A stretch of DNA of 63,991 bases, counting the filler, from Dirinaria sp. TL-2023a (taxonomy: Eukaryota): assembly GCA_051941275.1 (NCBI GenBank). It is 5 parts of 5 records of this genome, joined end to end, with 100 filler letters (N's around TTAATTAATTAA, not from the genome) between each part and the next. Parts side by side here need not be neighbours in the genome. Positions count along the whole stretch, not along the records: positions 52,284 to 63,991 come from JAVEBF010000824.1; 4 more parts are not named here. One strand, written 5' to 3'. Under the pieces are notes generated by a model. That model did no database searches and had not been told where the DNA came from. It worked only from the letters and a program-made list of their open reading frames with translations. The translations under genes were made by a program, and so were the position numbers. Of this stretch, positions 63,272-63,991 are shown one piece after another (within the stretch, counting starts at the first letter, position 1; the number at the start of each line of letters is the position of its first letter).

Positions 63272-63991
63272 CAGCAATCTGAGATACTGAGATACGAACT
63301 CGCTTTCCTCTCGGTTTCGTCAAGCGCGATTTGCATGTTGCTTTACGCCTCTTTACGCCTAATTACGCCTAGGCGCCGTTTCAAACGCTAATCAAGGCGC
63401 TCACTTGAGACATTCAATCAGAGTAAGTTGAATAAGACTGCCCAAAGGACCGAAAAGAACACAGAGGAAATCGTCATCATCAGACTGCTTCCAGATCCGT
63501 CACTAATCCTCCATCAAGTGACTCGTGCATGTACATGCTCTTCCTTTTCTCCCTCCCGAGATCTGAACAGTTTTTCTAACGTCAATCAGTGCATAAAAGC
63601 GGTGGATCTGCACGAGTAGGTGAACTCTAGAATAAAAATCGCTCAGCGGTCACCGATCACTCGAAGCTGTCTATCCAACCAGAACAAGAACTTCTAAAGC
63701 GCAGACGAACGAATTTTCGTCTTTCTTCACAGGAACAGAGATGAGGGGTGGAGCGAAAAACAGAAAGAGAAAAAAAAGGACCATGCCTGACCAATTCACC
63801 TCACTAGCACACTTTTAAGGAAGCAAGAAACCCCCAGCACTTACGCAGTTCCCTATCCATAAGCGAGAGAAAAAAAAGCCGAAGAAAAAGAAAACACGAT
63901 ACTCTTTCCTCAAAAAGAAAGCATATGAAAAATTATTTGAAACATTCTTTAACATCGAGAATCGTCACCGCACTCTTTTTTTTTTTTTTTT

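Overview
Eukaryotic (filamentous ascomycete) genomic DNA with spliceosomal introns. Gene content fits a Pezizomycotina fungus, possibly lichen-forming, but that assignment is inference only. The window is five separate ~13-kb contigs joined by artificial N44-TTAATTAATTAA-N44 linkers, so gene neighbourhoods are only valid within a contig. Contig 1 holds a DxD glycosyltransferase-like gene, a YBT1-like ABCC transporter and a SUN-domain SLP1. Contig 2 holds an aldehyde dehydrogenase, mitochondrial RNA polymerase RPO41, a beta-carbonic anhydrase and two TPR-like orphans. Contig 3 holds SHO1, ro-10-like dynactin subunit, GH128, a secreted expansin/GH45-like protein, tRNA-Gly(TCC) and a PQ-loop transporter. 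Contig 4 holds a HeLo-like/ubiquitin-like/Zn-ribbon/SANT-Myb fusion gene, an FMO, CSN12, LCP5, an enoyl-reductase-like ADH and MED4. Contig 5 holds a class I terpene synthase, an amidase, an M20 amidohydrolase with one in-frame TAG, and a secreted orphan. The most notable items are (i) two non-coding degenerate tandem arrays (8 x ~65 bp with a hairpin core, and ~8 x 44 bp) in the divergent amidase/M20 intergenic region, running into the M20 ATG; (ii) the NACHT-less HeLo-like protein, whose SANT/Myb exons are missing from the ORF track; and (iii) the M20 premature stop. All family assignments come from motif recognition by eye; no database searches were run.
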